Source of the DNA: a virus
Lineage: Duplodnaviria; Caudoviricetes
Strand: one strand, 5' to 3'
IMG/VR virus record: IMGVR_UViG_3300037310_000612
Span: 1 to 36,446 of that record
Length of the DNA: 36,446 nt
Every line of letters starts with the position of its first letter. The stretch's first letter is position 1. Below the pieces are notes generated by a model. The model had not been told where the DNA came from. It ran no database searches and saw nothing but the letters and a program-made list of their open reading frames with translations. A program made the position numbers and the translations under genes. Shown in pieces: positions 9,507 to 18,424 of the stretch.

Positions 9507-9887
9507 ATGGAAATCGCTACAATACCAGCTAAAGCAACGGAAGTAACTTTTACGTACAGTGATGGTAGTAAAAGAATAGTAAAAACTCAGAAATATAAAG
9601 TAAAAGGTGTAACTTTAAATGGGCTTGATGAGCAAAGCTCAAGCTTGCAGTGGGTCATTTACAATTCCAAAGGAAAACCAATAGCTATAAGAGGCATCCC
9701 AGATAATGCTATTTTAGATTTCCCTTTAGATTATGATAATTCAGATGTGATAGATAGTTCAGAGTTTTCTCGATACTTTCAGGAGGGAGATATGGATGTC
9801 TACATCGACGATGAATCCATATCGTACGATCAATGGCTTTCTGATGGCGATCGTGATTATATTCTCAATATCTTCGATCCAATGTGA
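9507..9887 (+). CDS. Acidic hypothetical protein
   Basis: 126-aa ORF preceded by TATAAT. No motif recognised. Confidence 0.55.
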   Translation: MEIATIPAKATEVTFTYSDGSKRIVKTQKYKVKGVTLNGLDEQSSSLQWVIYNSKGKPIAIRGIPDNAILDFPLDYDNSDVIDSSEFSRYFQEGDMDVYIDDESISYDQWLSDGDRDYILNIFDPM

Positions 9888-10019
9888 TCTATCACTGTTG
9901 TCTGTATTTAGAAGTAGTGATCTAATTTAACTCTTTATTAGGTAATTAGATCTATGCTTCTAATTAGAAATAATGTAACTTAATTAGAAGAGAACTGACT
10001 GTAATATCACAGTGATGGA

Positions 10020-10102
10020 TGGGTCGAGCTGGATTTGAACCAACGAAGCAAGATTACAGTGGATTTACAGTCCACCCCCTTTAACCACTCGGGCATTGAC
10101 CC
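10020..10102 (-). tRNA. tRNA-Tyr (GTA)
   Basis: Reverse complement GGGTCAATGCCCGAGTGGTTAAAGGGGGTGGACTGTAAATCCACTGTAATCTTGCTTCGTTGGTTCAAATCCAGCTCGACCCA. Anticodon loop CTGTAAA, TTCAAAT T-loop, long variable arm. Confidence 0.93.
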
Positions 10103-10142
10103 TAGATTATCAATTAATTCTATATTACCATTTATAGCACAT

Positions 10143-10204
10143 CATCCCCCGCTAACCGTTGCCGATTCCCTTAAACTCCTCGGACGGTGTAGCGAGGGGC
10201 TTCT
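10143..10204. other. GC-rich stem-loop resembling an IS200/IS605-family end
   Basis: Pairs CCCCGCTA/TAGCGAGGGG, ACCGT/ACGGT and CCGA/TCGG. Minus strand reads GAAGCCCC...GGGGATG. Confidence 0.4.
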
Positions 10205-10264
10205 GCCGACATTAAGATAAGAATCCCGATCTTTTTTTATAGGTTCTTTTAGAACCCTTACCCC

Positions 10265-11080
10265 CTACAGGGTTTCAAAGAATTTCCTGATAGCGAAATC
10301 AAGAATTTCCGACTGTTCGTAAACGCATATTGGTCGCAATGTACCGTTACACAGTCTGCTTTCAGTGGTACCTACCAATCCTTCGGTTTTTACAAATTTG
10401 CCTAATGCAGACCTGTTCTTTAAGGTCACTGGGAGTCCTAGCTCTTCTGCACGTTGCGCTACTCCTACGAGGCGTTTAGTAGTAGGAGCTATTGTAGATT
10501 TATCAAGCTTTGTAGCTAGTTCGTCTCCCAGATTATCTTGAAGCAGTTGAATGAGTGCAACAGAAAAACCAGTTTTTTCGAGTTGTTTGAGTTTTTCTGC
10601 GGCATCAATATAGGCAACTGAGTCTCTTGTTCGCAATTGAGGTTGCGTTTGTTGTTGCTGAGGGCGTTGTTTTACTTGAAAAGTAAAGCCTGCTAATCTA
10701 TGCAAATATACCCTTATTCCTACCTCCGCACACTTAATTAAGAGCTCGGTATTGTACTCCGCTAAGGTCTGAAACACTTGTTTTTCGTTAAACATTCGCG
10801 AGGTTTTCATCCCAGTACTGGTAAGGATTTTAGCCTCATCTCCCCAAATATTTCGCGAGGTTAAAAAACTACGAATTGTAGATTCGTTTCTTCGGCACAT
10901 CCTCGCTAAAGCGCTAATTGAAGCGAAACATTCTCCTGTTTCTTCGTTTACTATAATCTCTATATCGTCTATATCAACATCTAAATCACCTGTTTCTTTA
11001 TTGTTTTCGTCAATTACAGTATTTATTTCCTCAGTCTTTTTAATACCAGGTAATACATCAGTAAACACAGATTTTAACAA
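10265..11080 (-). CDS. Antirepressor-like DNA-binding protein (C-terminal part of a broken BRO-N gene)
   Basis: Begins with the BRO-N tail VFTDVLPGIKKT, followed by an HTH-like ASISALARMCRRNESTIR. Confidence 0.65.
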   Translation of the reverse strand: MLKSVFTDVLPGIKKTEEINTVIDENNKETGDLDVDIDDIEIIVNEETGECFASISALARMCRRNESTIRSFLTSRNIWGDEAKILTSTGMKTSRMFNEKQVFQTLAEYNTELLIKCAEVGIRVYLHRLAGFTFQVKQRPQQQQTQPQLRTRDSVAYIDAAEKLKQLEKTGFSVALIQLLQDNLGDELATKLDKSTIAPTTKRLVGVAQRAEELGLPVTLKNRSALGKFVKTEGLVGTTESRLCNGTLRPICVYEQSEILDFAIRKFFETL

Positions 11081-11347
11081 TTCATCTGATATTTTTTTCT
11101 CGAGCTTGATAATACAGTTATCAACCAGTTTTCATTAACTAAAGGTTGGTTTCTGTCTTTTTTAGATGTCCCGTTCAAAACGATAGTTTTTTTTGTGGTT
11201 GTCTGGTAATCTATAAAAGATATCAGGAATATCACGCAACCCTAAAAGGACAGTGATATCCTTTAAGAAAAACCAAGGTATATCGTCTTCAAGCAAAAAG
11301 TAACGAATTTCTTGATTGTCGAACTGGAATTTTGATAAACTTTCCAT
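11081..11347 (-). pseudogene. BRO-N domain interrupted by two compensating frameshifts
   Basis: ATG 11347 has an AGGAG RBS and reads FQFDNQEIR...PWFFLKDI. The +1 frame continues RNQPLVNENWLITVLSSSRKK, and the original frame resumes at 11080. Confidence 0.7.
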
Positions 11348-11382
11348 AGTGTATCTCCTAGAGATAGTAGGTGAATATGTTA

Positions 11383-11416
11383 GCAACCTATCGGTAAGTC
11401 AATACTTATAGGTTGC
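11383..11416. promoter_or_regulatory. Leader inverted repeat upstream of BRO gene
   Basis: GCAACCTAT...ATAGGTTGC. Confidence 0.45.
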
Positions 11417-11422
11417 GCTTTA

Positions 11423-11439
11423 ATTATATCACCTACGTA
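11423..11439 (-). promoter_or_regulatory. TACGTA-N5-TATAAT promoter motif
   Basis: Minus strand TACGTA GGTGA TATAAT. Confidence 0.65.
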
Positions 11440-11478
11440 TAAGGAAATAACCTACAGTACCAATAGCGAGAAGTGAAA

Positions 11479-13005
11479 TTAAGCAGACATCTCACTTAAG
11501 AAAGCATCAATATCTAGGTCTGATTCATCTTTTTTGACATTTTCTGTAGAGCGTTTTTCATCCTGGTTGCGCATTTCTTCAAACAAGATATCTATTTCTT
11601 TATTCATCTCTTCAAGCTCATAGATAGATGCCGATCGGTGCATAGCAGCTTGGATCTTCTTGTACCAAAGGGCTAAAGCTGTATCACCAAGAAAATCGGC
11701 AATTTTATCGATCGCCTCTGATTTATTAAGTAAATCATCTAAGGCATCCACCTCAAAGCTGTCAAATCCAGAAACGCTTATTTTATCCCACTCGGGCATA
11801 CTATAAGATTCACCTACAAGCTGAAGTACCTCTTGCCAGGCAGCAACTAAAATCTGACCGTACGCACGCATTGAATCCGCAATCTGACTATAATCGTAAC
11901 CTTTAGAGACTCCAGATTGCTGAAGAATTCCTTTGTTAGCCGATACATTTCCCAAGCTTACAATATTCTTTATCTGTGTTTCGATCGCGTCCAATACGGA
12001 CTCAGAGATTGTTTTCAAGCTACCACCGTTAATCTCATTAAATTCAAAGCTTTTACCTACGAGAATATGGCTATTACCTGATTTTATTGACTCTACGTAC
12101 TCATCAGTAGAAGTATAAGTGTTGTTAAAATCATCGTCTGGTTGTTGGTCTAATGGCGTAAAAACGCGCTGCACATATCCTGCAATTGTTGCGGTATCCG
12201 TCCAGGCATTTTCAATTTGAAGATACTGTAAAGCTTTTAAATAAGCTTGATTGCCTGTATAAAGTTCATCTGAAAGTTTGTATTTAAGCACTGGTAATTT
12301 TCCTAAACCATGCTCTACTTCTGATATTTTGGTAGCGATCGTGGTTTCCGTATCAATAAAATAGCGTACGATCTTGTAGCGATCGACAATCACCCACTCG
12401 TTTTCTACTATTGGCTTTTCTAAAGGTAATGATTTTATCCGTGAGTAACGGATAATTGCCCACTCCAAATCCCCGTTTTTATTTTCTGACCAATTAATCA
12501 CAGAAAAAGGGGATAGAATATTTACCCACGGAGAATTGCCTATAATCTCTTCCTGTGCTCTATTTAAAAAATCATATTCAGAGGTAGGTTTATCAACAAA
12601 AATATAAGAAGTCCCAAAACATAAAAGCTGCATAAAAAGCTTGTTTAATAAGCCTTTTTCTGTCTCGTTTTTTCCGTCTACTTTTTGCCTAAATTTATCC
12701 CACCAATCTCCTTTTGCACCTTCTACATGCAAAGGAGCAGAAACTAATTTTGTAGTGTAATCTTTTATTATTGATCCTAACAACGGTGTATAGACAAATT
12801 TGCGCAATCTCAATTCATATATTTCTCTATCTTCTCCTGGACGCGGTACAATATATTCTCTTTTCTTATCCTCCATCGATATCCCTCCTTTGATTAAATC
12901 GTCGATTTTTATCCAAGTTGGGTACCAATATTGATATTCTGGGTGCTCTATATTTAATTTAATTGCGTCAATTTTTTCGGGATAACTAATTGGAATTATC
13001 TGCAT
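11479..13005 (-). CDS. Portal protein
   Basis: 508 aa with PRPGEDREIYELRL, VINW, HGLGKLPV and QSGVSK motifs of SPP1/DUF4055-type portals. Confidence 0.85.
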   Translation of the reverse strand: MQIIPISYPEKIDAIKLNIEHPEYQYWYPTWIKIDDLIKGGISMEDKKREYIVPRPGEDREIYELRLRKFVYTPLLGSIIKDYTTKLVSAPLHVEGAKGDWWDKFRQKVDGKNETEKGLLNKLFMQLLCFGTSYIFVDKPTSEYDFLNRAQEEIIGNSPWVNILSPFSVINWSENKNGDLEWAIIRYSRIKSLPLEKPIVENEWVIVDRYKIVRYFIDTETTIATKISEVEHGLGKLPVLKYKLSDELYTGNQAYLKALQYLQIENAWTDTATIAGYVQRVFTPLDQQPDDDFNNTYTSTDEYVESIKSGNSHILVGKSFEFNEINGGSLKTISESVLDAIETQIKNIVSLGNVSANKGILQQSGVSKGYDYSQIADSMRAYGQILVAAWQEVLQLVGESYSMPEWDKISVSGFDSFEVDALDDLLNKSEAIDKIADFLGDTALALWYKKIQAAMHRSASIYELEEMNKEIDILFEEMRNQDEKRSTENVKKDESDLDIDAFLSEMSA

Positions 13006-13330
13006 TTTTTTGTATTGATTTACTATCTAATTGTGCACATGCTCCTTTGTTCACATTAATACCAAACTCAGCTTCTAGCACCCTTAAAACTGTTTCTTTA
13101 GCTTCAATTGGATATTTTTCTCTTAATCGAGAACCATGTATTGAGCGCTTATTTAACAGTTTGTGAAATCTTTTTTCTCTAGATATTGGAAATTGTTTTG
13201 GCGATCGGTACAAAATCTCTGTGCGTATATTTCCAGTCTCGTAATAACGCAGCCGCGCCGCCATATTCGTCGTGAACCCTACTTTTATACAATTATCCAG
13301 TAATACAGCGTAAATAAATCCTTCTAGCAT
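12986..13330 (-). CDS. T5orf172/GIY-YIG-like domain protein
   Basis: FIYAV...IKVGFTTN...RL...TGN...E.RFH. Confidence 0.7.
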   Translation of the reverse strand: MLEGFIYAVLLDNCIKVGFTTNMAARLRYYETGNIRTEILYRSPKQFPISREKRFHKLLNKRSIHGSRLREKYPIEAKETVLRVLEAEFGINVNKGACAQLDSKSIQKNADNSN

Positions 13331-13351
13331 GTACGAAGCGCTTCTTAAGCG

Positions 13352-13409
13352 TGGTCACTTTTTTGTGTTTAATATATAGCGCGCTGTTTATAATACAGAA
13401 AAGTGACCA
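13352..13409. repeat. Dispersed palindromic element R3
   Basis: TGGTCACTTTTTTGTGTTTAATATATAGCGCGCTGTTTATAATACAGAAAAGTGACCA. Confidence 0.95.
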
Positions 13410-13457
13410 CGTCTTAACCTTTATGGCAAAATTATTAAGATTTGTTATAGTGAATTA

Positions 13458-13474
13458 TACGTAAATGGTATAAT
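13458..13474 (+). promoter_or_regulatory. TACGTA-N5-TATAAT promoter motif
   Basis: TACGTA AATGG TATAAT upstream of 13528. Confidence 0.65.
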
Positions 13475-13527
13475 GAACGAGGTAGTTCACCTAAACAACA
13501 CATAGGTAAAAAAGAAAAAGACAATCT

Positions 13528-13812
13528 ATGGTATATCTCAAACAAGCAATAAAGACATTCCAATACCCTTCTAATAAAGCAGTTTTTGCAATAACAATTG
13601 GTGGTATTTTTTGCGAAAAATCTGAAGCAAAAGAAGGCGATTTAAGTTTGCATAACGGAGGCTTAGACGAAAATTATAAACTAGTAGCTACTAGTGATGA
13701 AATCGAAAAACATTTGAACGAATGGTATGAAGAGGAACACGATTGTTTAATGTATGGGTGGTTTCCCGCTTTCTTAGATCTTATTAATAAAAAATTGAAT
13801 AATGGTCTCTAA
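13528..13812 (+). CDS. Hypothetical protein
   Basis: 94-aa ORF overlapping the terL start. Not recognisably TerS. Confidence 0.55.
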   Translation: MVYLKQAIKTFQYPSNKAVFAITIGGIFCEKSEAKEGDLSLHNGGLDENYKLVATSDEIEKHLNEWYEEEHDCLMYGWFPAFLDLINKKLNNGL

Positions 13813-15058
13813 ATTTGAAGGATTCAACCTACCTCTACACGAAAAACAAGCCGAAGTTTTTCACAGTAATAGTAAATTTAAAGTTTTGGTTTGTGGGCGG
13901 AGATGGGGCAAATCTCGCTTACAAATTACTAAGTTATTGTACAAAGCTTTAACATTTGAAGGGACAGTAGATCCTACAGTTCCCCAGACGATTGTAGGGG
14001 TTTTACCTACCTTGAAACAGGCTAAGAAAATTCTTTGGGCACCTTTGGTTAATTTACTTAAAGGATGTCCAATTGTTCGCGATATAAATCAATCCGACTT
14101 CACTATTCGATGGGTCCGCGATCGCTATCCTAGAATTGTGATTGCTGGGGCTAACGATCAAAATGGAGATCGCTTACGCGGTCTGCGAATTTTGCATATC
14201 GGAGCTGATGAAATTCAAGATTGGAAGCCAGATATATTTGATAGCGTTATCGTGCCTGCAATGGCTGATACAGAAGGAAGCAGCGCCCTACTTACGGGAA
14301 CCCCAAAAGGCAAATTAAACCATCTCTATGGGCTTTTTAATAGGCAATCCTTTGATCCCGATTGGCAATCCTTCAATTACGCAACGATTACTAATCCTTT
14401 TGTTGATAAAACCGAAGTAGAAAAACGCCGTCTAATTCTATCACCCAGACTTTTTGAGCAAGAATACTATGCCTCTTTCACTAATTTTGAAGGGCAAATA
14501 TTTAGCGAATTTGATCCGATAAAGCACATTGTAAACTGCGATAACAAAAACCTAACCGATTATTGGATTGGGCACGATTGTGGCGATATCAATCCCGCTA
14601 TTGTTGTGGTAGGAAAAAATACTCTCGGTGAATTTTTTATAATCGAGTCAAATCGATTAGGAGATCAAAAAACTCCCGTGCCTCTTTCTACTGTCTATGC
14701 ACTTATAGAAAAATGGGCAAAACTTTACAATGCTAACAGAATCTACGTAGATCCCTCAAGACCACTTGTTATCAAAGATATACGTGAAATTGGAATCGAA
14801 AAAAACATCCACGGGTTAGAAACTACGGTCGCCGCATATAACAAAATCGAAGAAGGTAACGATTTAATAAACAACTATTTCTGGGCTAATAAATTATACG
14901 TAAGTGATAAAATAAAAGAATTACCAGACAAGATAGCAAGCTATCACAGAAAGATCGATCGCGATGGCAACATAACCGATAAAGTAGCCGAAAATCAAGA
15001 TGATCACGAATTGGATGCTCTTCGCTATATCCTGGCTTCTTTAGCTAAGCGTAGATGA
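13802..15058 (+). CDS. terL: Terminase large subunit
   Basis: Walker A GRRWGKS, LRG...GADE Walker B, TGTPKG coupling motif, and RNase H-like GHDCG and DDHELDALRY. Confidence 0.95.
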   Translation: MVSKFEGFNLPLHEKQAEVFHSNSKFKVLVCGRRWGKSRLQITKLLYKALTFEGTVDPTVPQTIVGVLPTLKQAKKILWAPLVNLLKGCPIVRDINQSDFTIRWVRDRYPRIVIAGANDQNGDRLRGLRILHIGADEIQDWKPDIFDSVIVPAMADTEGSSALLTGTPKGKLNHLYGLFNRQSFDPDWQSFNYATITNPFVDKTEVEKRRLILSPRLFEQEYYASFTNFEGQIFSEFDPIKHIVNCDNKNLTDYWIGHDCGDINPAIVVVGKNTLGEFFIIESNRLGDQKTPVPLSTVYALIEKWAKLYNANRIYVDPSRPLVIKDIREIGIEKNIHGLETTVAAYNKIEEGNDLINNYFWANKLYVSDKIKELPDKIASYHRKIDRDGNITDKVAENQDDHELDALRYILASLAKRR

Positions 15059-15093
15059 ACCACCCCGACTTCTCAAAAGTCGGGGTGGTTCAT
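15055..15093. terminator. 17-bp stem hairpin at terL stop
   Basis: ATGAACCACCCCGACTT-CTCAA-AAGTCGGGGTGGTTCAT, between convergent genes. Confidence 0.7.
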
Positions 15094-15287
15094 AAAATAT
15101 TTGCGATACTTTAACTAAAAATGATGTAAAATTTCTTCTCTCTAATTCTGATACTGAATTTATCTGGGATATTTTCTCGGATTATAAAATAGAAAGAGTG
15201 TGTGCTCGGCGATCTATAAATTCCGATCCAAATAAACGTGGTAATGTTTTCGAGTTGCTAATTTCTAATTATTAAGTTCTTAATAAT

Positions 15288-15317
15288 GTCCGATCTATAA
15301 TATATTATAGATCGGAC
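15288..15317. repeat. Perfect 30-bp palindrome
   Basis: GTCCGATCTATAATATATTATAGATCGGAC equals its own reverse complement. Confidence 0.95.
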
Positions 15318-15369
15318 TACATAAACTTATATGTATTTGTAATGCATTTATATTATATTATATTCTATT

Positions 15370-15894
15370 CTACCAACCACGTGTAATATTTGTATCACCA
15401 TCAGTATCAATAGAACCTATAGTAATTACCTCTTTACCCCCTACAGTTAACGAAACAGCATCTATTTCTACGTGTCCATTATCATGCATTATGATGCTAG
15501 CTTTACCATTTGATAAAGTTATTGTATGTTGAGCGCTTTCAATTTTGATATTACCTTTAACAAAATGGTGATAGTCTTTTTGCTTATTCATTTTATCTAA
15601 AGGTGGATTTGGGGCATTTGTACAAATGCCCAAGTAAATTCCTTTGTGTGGATTTCCCTCTACGTAAAATACCAGCACTGTCTGCCCAGTCTCAGGCAGT
15701 GGTTGATCGAGGTAGGGGGCTGCCTGAAACCTATAGAGCCAGTCACTTTCAATTTTACCGCCATGTTGAGGCAGCATTACCTTTATCCTTCGTTTATTGT
15801 CTGGGTCCTCGTTATTTGTACACACAGCTAATAACGCATGAGGAATATAGCCATCTTTTTTTATTCGGGATAGAGATGCAAATAAATTTTCCAT
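15370..15894 (-). CDS. Baseplate spike (gpV-like)
   Basis: DPDNKRRIKV, SDWL, PETGQTVLVFYVEGNP OB-fold signature. Confidence 0.9.
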   Translation of the reverse strand: MENLFASLSRIKKDGYIPHALLAVCTNNEDPDNKRRIKVMLPQHGGKIESDWLYRFQAAPYLDQPLPETGQTVLVFYVEGNPHKGIYLGICTNAPNPPLDKMNKQKDYHHFVKGNIKIESAQHTITLSNGKASIIMHDNGHVEIDAVSLTVGGKEVITIGSIDTDGDTNITRGW

Positions 15895-15917
15895 ATATTA
15901 AGAGGAGGCTTCCGAGG

Positions 15918-15972
15918 CGGTCACTTTTTTTTATAAAAACAACGCGCTATATATAACACAAAAAAGTGACCA
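15918..15972. repeat. Dispersed palindromic element R4
   Basis: CGGTCACTTTTTTTTATAAAAACAACGCGCTATATATAACACAAAAAAGTGACCA. Confidence 0.9.
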
Positions 15973-16118
15973 CACTTTCTAGAGAACCTGTATCGTCAGA
16001 ATCCTTAAGCTCAAAGCCAATCGATGAAAGGAAGCACTCTTAGGCACGATACGAGGATTTATCTCTTATATTTAGCTTAACATAATCCTAAGTATTTTCT
16101 ACGATGTACCGATAGGAT

Positions 16119-17942
16119 TTAAGCTAGATAAGCGAGCTGGTAACGATCCCAGGCTTGCTCTAGATGGATCATTATTTTTTGTGCTAATCTTTCTGAATCT
16201 TGCTCGTCACCATTGTAAGCGACGTTGATAGTCGGTGAAAAACCAGAAGACTGGTCATTTTTTTTAGTAGGATTTTTCAGATCCCACGGGATCGTATTAA
16301 ATTGTGCTTCTCCCATCTTATTTATTGTTGGTGCAAGTGTATCCCATCCTGGTTGGGAATTTGGATTGCGATAGTTTGGATTGGTAATATCCCAAGGTTC
16401 AATTTTTGTTGTTGGTTCTTTCAAAATACCAAATGTTAAATCATTGTGAAGCTGACTACCAAAATTTGAAGTGGTTTTATTTAATTGTTGTTGCTGGGAT
16501 TCTGATAACTGATTATTTGGATTTAGAGCATTTCCAATCCAATTTAAAGGATCTTTCCACCAAATAATGGAAGCGATCGCGCGCTCTTTAATAAAAGAAA
16601 ATATAATGCGGAAAATACTTAAAAGGGCAGTTTCTAAAATTTCAGCTAAAACTATAACTACATTGCCCCAATTTACCGTACGTAAAAAAGATTCAATAAC
16701 GGTAAAGGTTCCCGTTAACATCTTCCCCATACCGTCAGCCACCGAGCGCCAATCTGTATTACGAAAAAATACAAATATACCTTCTATAAGTTTGTTAAAA
16801 CCTTGACCGAAACTTTTTCCTAAATCAGCGTAGTTTAAATTTTTTATAAAACCAGACCAATTAGAAATAAGAGCCTGCATTGGTCTGGCAAAAAATGTTT
16901 GCGTAAATTCAGCAATATTTAAATTTTTTATTAAATCGGGTAAAGAACTAAAAATATTTCCTGAGCTTAATAAATATTTAATACCATCAGATAAAGATTC
17001 AATAATTGAATATAAAAACGAAGACGGAGAATCTACAGTAGCTCCAATTTGTGTAGCAAAAGAAGAGCCAGTCTTGTTCACTAAATCTATAGAAGTTTCT
17101 AACAACCGTGCGATCGCGGACGCAACAGTCTGGTCACCTTTTTTTATTGGATCTACATCTTTAAGCCACCCAAAAATTCCAAATCTAGGAGAAAAAAGTC
17201 GATCGTTAAACTCAGCAATTTGCCCATCAATACTTTTACCTATAGCGGTAAGTGCTTCTGGAGTTATTAATTTTTGTGCAGCTAAATTAGCTAATTGAAT
17301 CCGAGATTTTTCATCAAGTTTCTTCAAATCTTCGATTTTTAAACCTTGCTCGCTTAAGAGAGACTCGACAGCATTTAAGAAAGCAGGTGCACGTTTGTTA
17401 AAAGCGGATTGTTTGAATACTTGTCCTTCAAGAAAACTTTGAGCAAAAATCATAGCTGAATTAAGTGGTACGTAATTGATTTTTGCTAAAAGCTCAAAGT
17501 TTTTTGAAGTTTCTACAATTGCTTTTCTATACCCTTCTGTATCAAAAGGTTGTCCGTTTTTTCCTTTGAAGGCTTCAATTACTGTGTCGTTTATTGAAGA
17601 AGCCATCATCTCGTACTCTTTACTTACACCAGGTAATTTTGCTGCAAGTTTTGTTAAATCTGTGTAAATTTCACTTATCTCTTCTTGTGCGGAAGAAAAG
17701 GATATTTTTGCTGTACCAGAAAGTACAGAAGCTGCTGCTAAAGTTGTTACCTCGAGCTCTTTCACTTGCTCAAATTGATCTTTTATTTGACGACCAATTC
17801 CGTCTAAAACCCTATTAAAAACTTGACCTAAACTTGGCAATCTATTACCAATAATTCCATGAAGCATATTATCAATATTTGATAATATCCCAGAAAAATT
17901 ATCAACCGTATCCAAACTAAAAAGTATTTGGTTAGCTACCAA
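16119..17942 (-). CDS. Tail tape measure protein
   Basis: 607-aa helical protein after the chaperone, with W/Y-anchored repeats (NLNYADLG, NTDWRSVA, TVNWGNVV). TTG start with AAGGAG. Confidence 0.8.
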   Translation of the reverse strand: MVANQILFSLDTVDNFSGILSNIDNMLHGIIGNRLPSLGQVFNRVLDGIGRQIKDQFEQVKELEVTTLAAASVLSGTAKISFSSAQEEISEIYTDLTKLAAKLPGVSKEYEMMASSINDTVIEAFKGKNGQPFDTEGYRKAIVETSKNFELLAKINYVPLNSAMIFAQSFLEGQVFKQSAFNKRAPAFLNAVESLLSEQGLKIEDLKKLDEKSRIQLANLAAQKLITPEALTAIGKSIDGQIAEFNDRLFSPRFGIFGWLKDVDPIKKGDQTVASAIARLLETSIDLVNKTGSSFATQIGATVDSPSSFLYSIIESLSDGIKYLLSSGNIFSSLPDLIKNLNIAEFTQTFFARPMQALISNWSGFIKNLNYADLGKSFGQGFNKLIEGIFVFFRNTDWRSVADGMGKMLTGTFTVIESFLRTVNWGNVVIVLAEILETALLSIFRIIFSFIKERAIASIIWWKDPLNWIGNALNPNNQLSESQQQQLNKTTSNFGSQLHNDLTFGILKEPTTKIEPWDITNPNYRNPNSQPGWDTLAPTINKMGEAQFNTIPWDLKNPTKKNDQSSGFSPTINVAYNGDEQDSERLAQKIMIHLEQAWDRYQLAYLA

Positions 17943-17949
17943 TTTATAA

Positions 17950-18174
17950 TTACTCCTTAAAATTTAAAAGTTCTAGATATTCAGTACGAATTTCTATTAA
18001 TTCAATTACTCTGAAAATAGGTAGATTAAGAGCTGATAAAAAGAAATCGTTGTAATCTCCGCCACAGCAAGCTAATAGATTTCTTAGTAGTAACCTCCGA
18101 CAAACTTGTCTATTTTCTACTGTAAAAAATAAATGACCAGTCTCACTAAAACATAAGTTCGTCGCGAAAAAATT
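17950..18174 (-). CDS. Startless 74-codon frame: gpT-like extension of tail chaperone (frameshift product)
   Basis: Open in the +1 frame relative to the chaperone: ...SETGHLFFTVENRQVCRRLLLRNLLACCGGDYNDFFLSALNLPIFRVIELIEIRTEYLELLNFKE. Fills the gap to the tape measure gene and has no ATG/GTG/TTG. Confidence 0.65.
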   Translation of the reverse strand, partial: NFFATNLCFSETGHLFFTVENRQVCRRLLLRNLLACCGGDYNDFFLSALNLPIFRVIELIEIRTEYLELLNFKE

Positions 18175-18424
18175 CTAATCCCTCTGAGATTGTTTTAAAT
18201 TGTTTTAGTGGTAGCTGCTCTAATTCTTCTACAGAAACCGCTTTACCTTGTGTATTTTCGTTGTCGTACCATTTTGTACAAAGTTGTGAAAAAAATACCA
18301 ACATTGCTTTTACTTTATTTCTTTTTTCTCCTAGAATCTCTTCAATTTCTTCTAAGTCTTTAATTAAAGGTTCTCTAAGTTTAAAAAAGTTACTATCTAG
18401 AGTATTACTTATTAATTTAGTCAT
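18146..18424 (-). CDS. Tail assembly chaperone (gpG/gpE-like)
   Basis: KLREPLIKDL and ELEQLPLKQF motifs. Lies between tube and tape measure genes. Confidence 0.8.
   Translation of the reverse strand: MTKLISNTLDSNFFKLREPLIKDLEEIEEILGEKRNKVKAMLVFFSQLCTKWYDNENTQGKAVSVEELEQLPLKQFKTISEGLEFFRDELMF

Noticed and set aside
10035-10220. 61-aa ORF on the + strand
   Set aside because: Antisense to tRNA-Tyr; spurious.
18124-18139. Possible half-site AAAAAATAAATGACCA
   Set aside because: Weak match with no partner arm or core, lying inside the chaperone extension frame.
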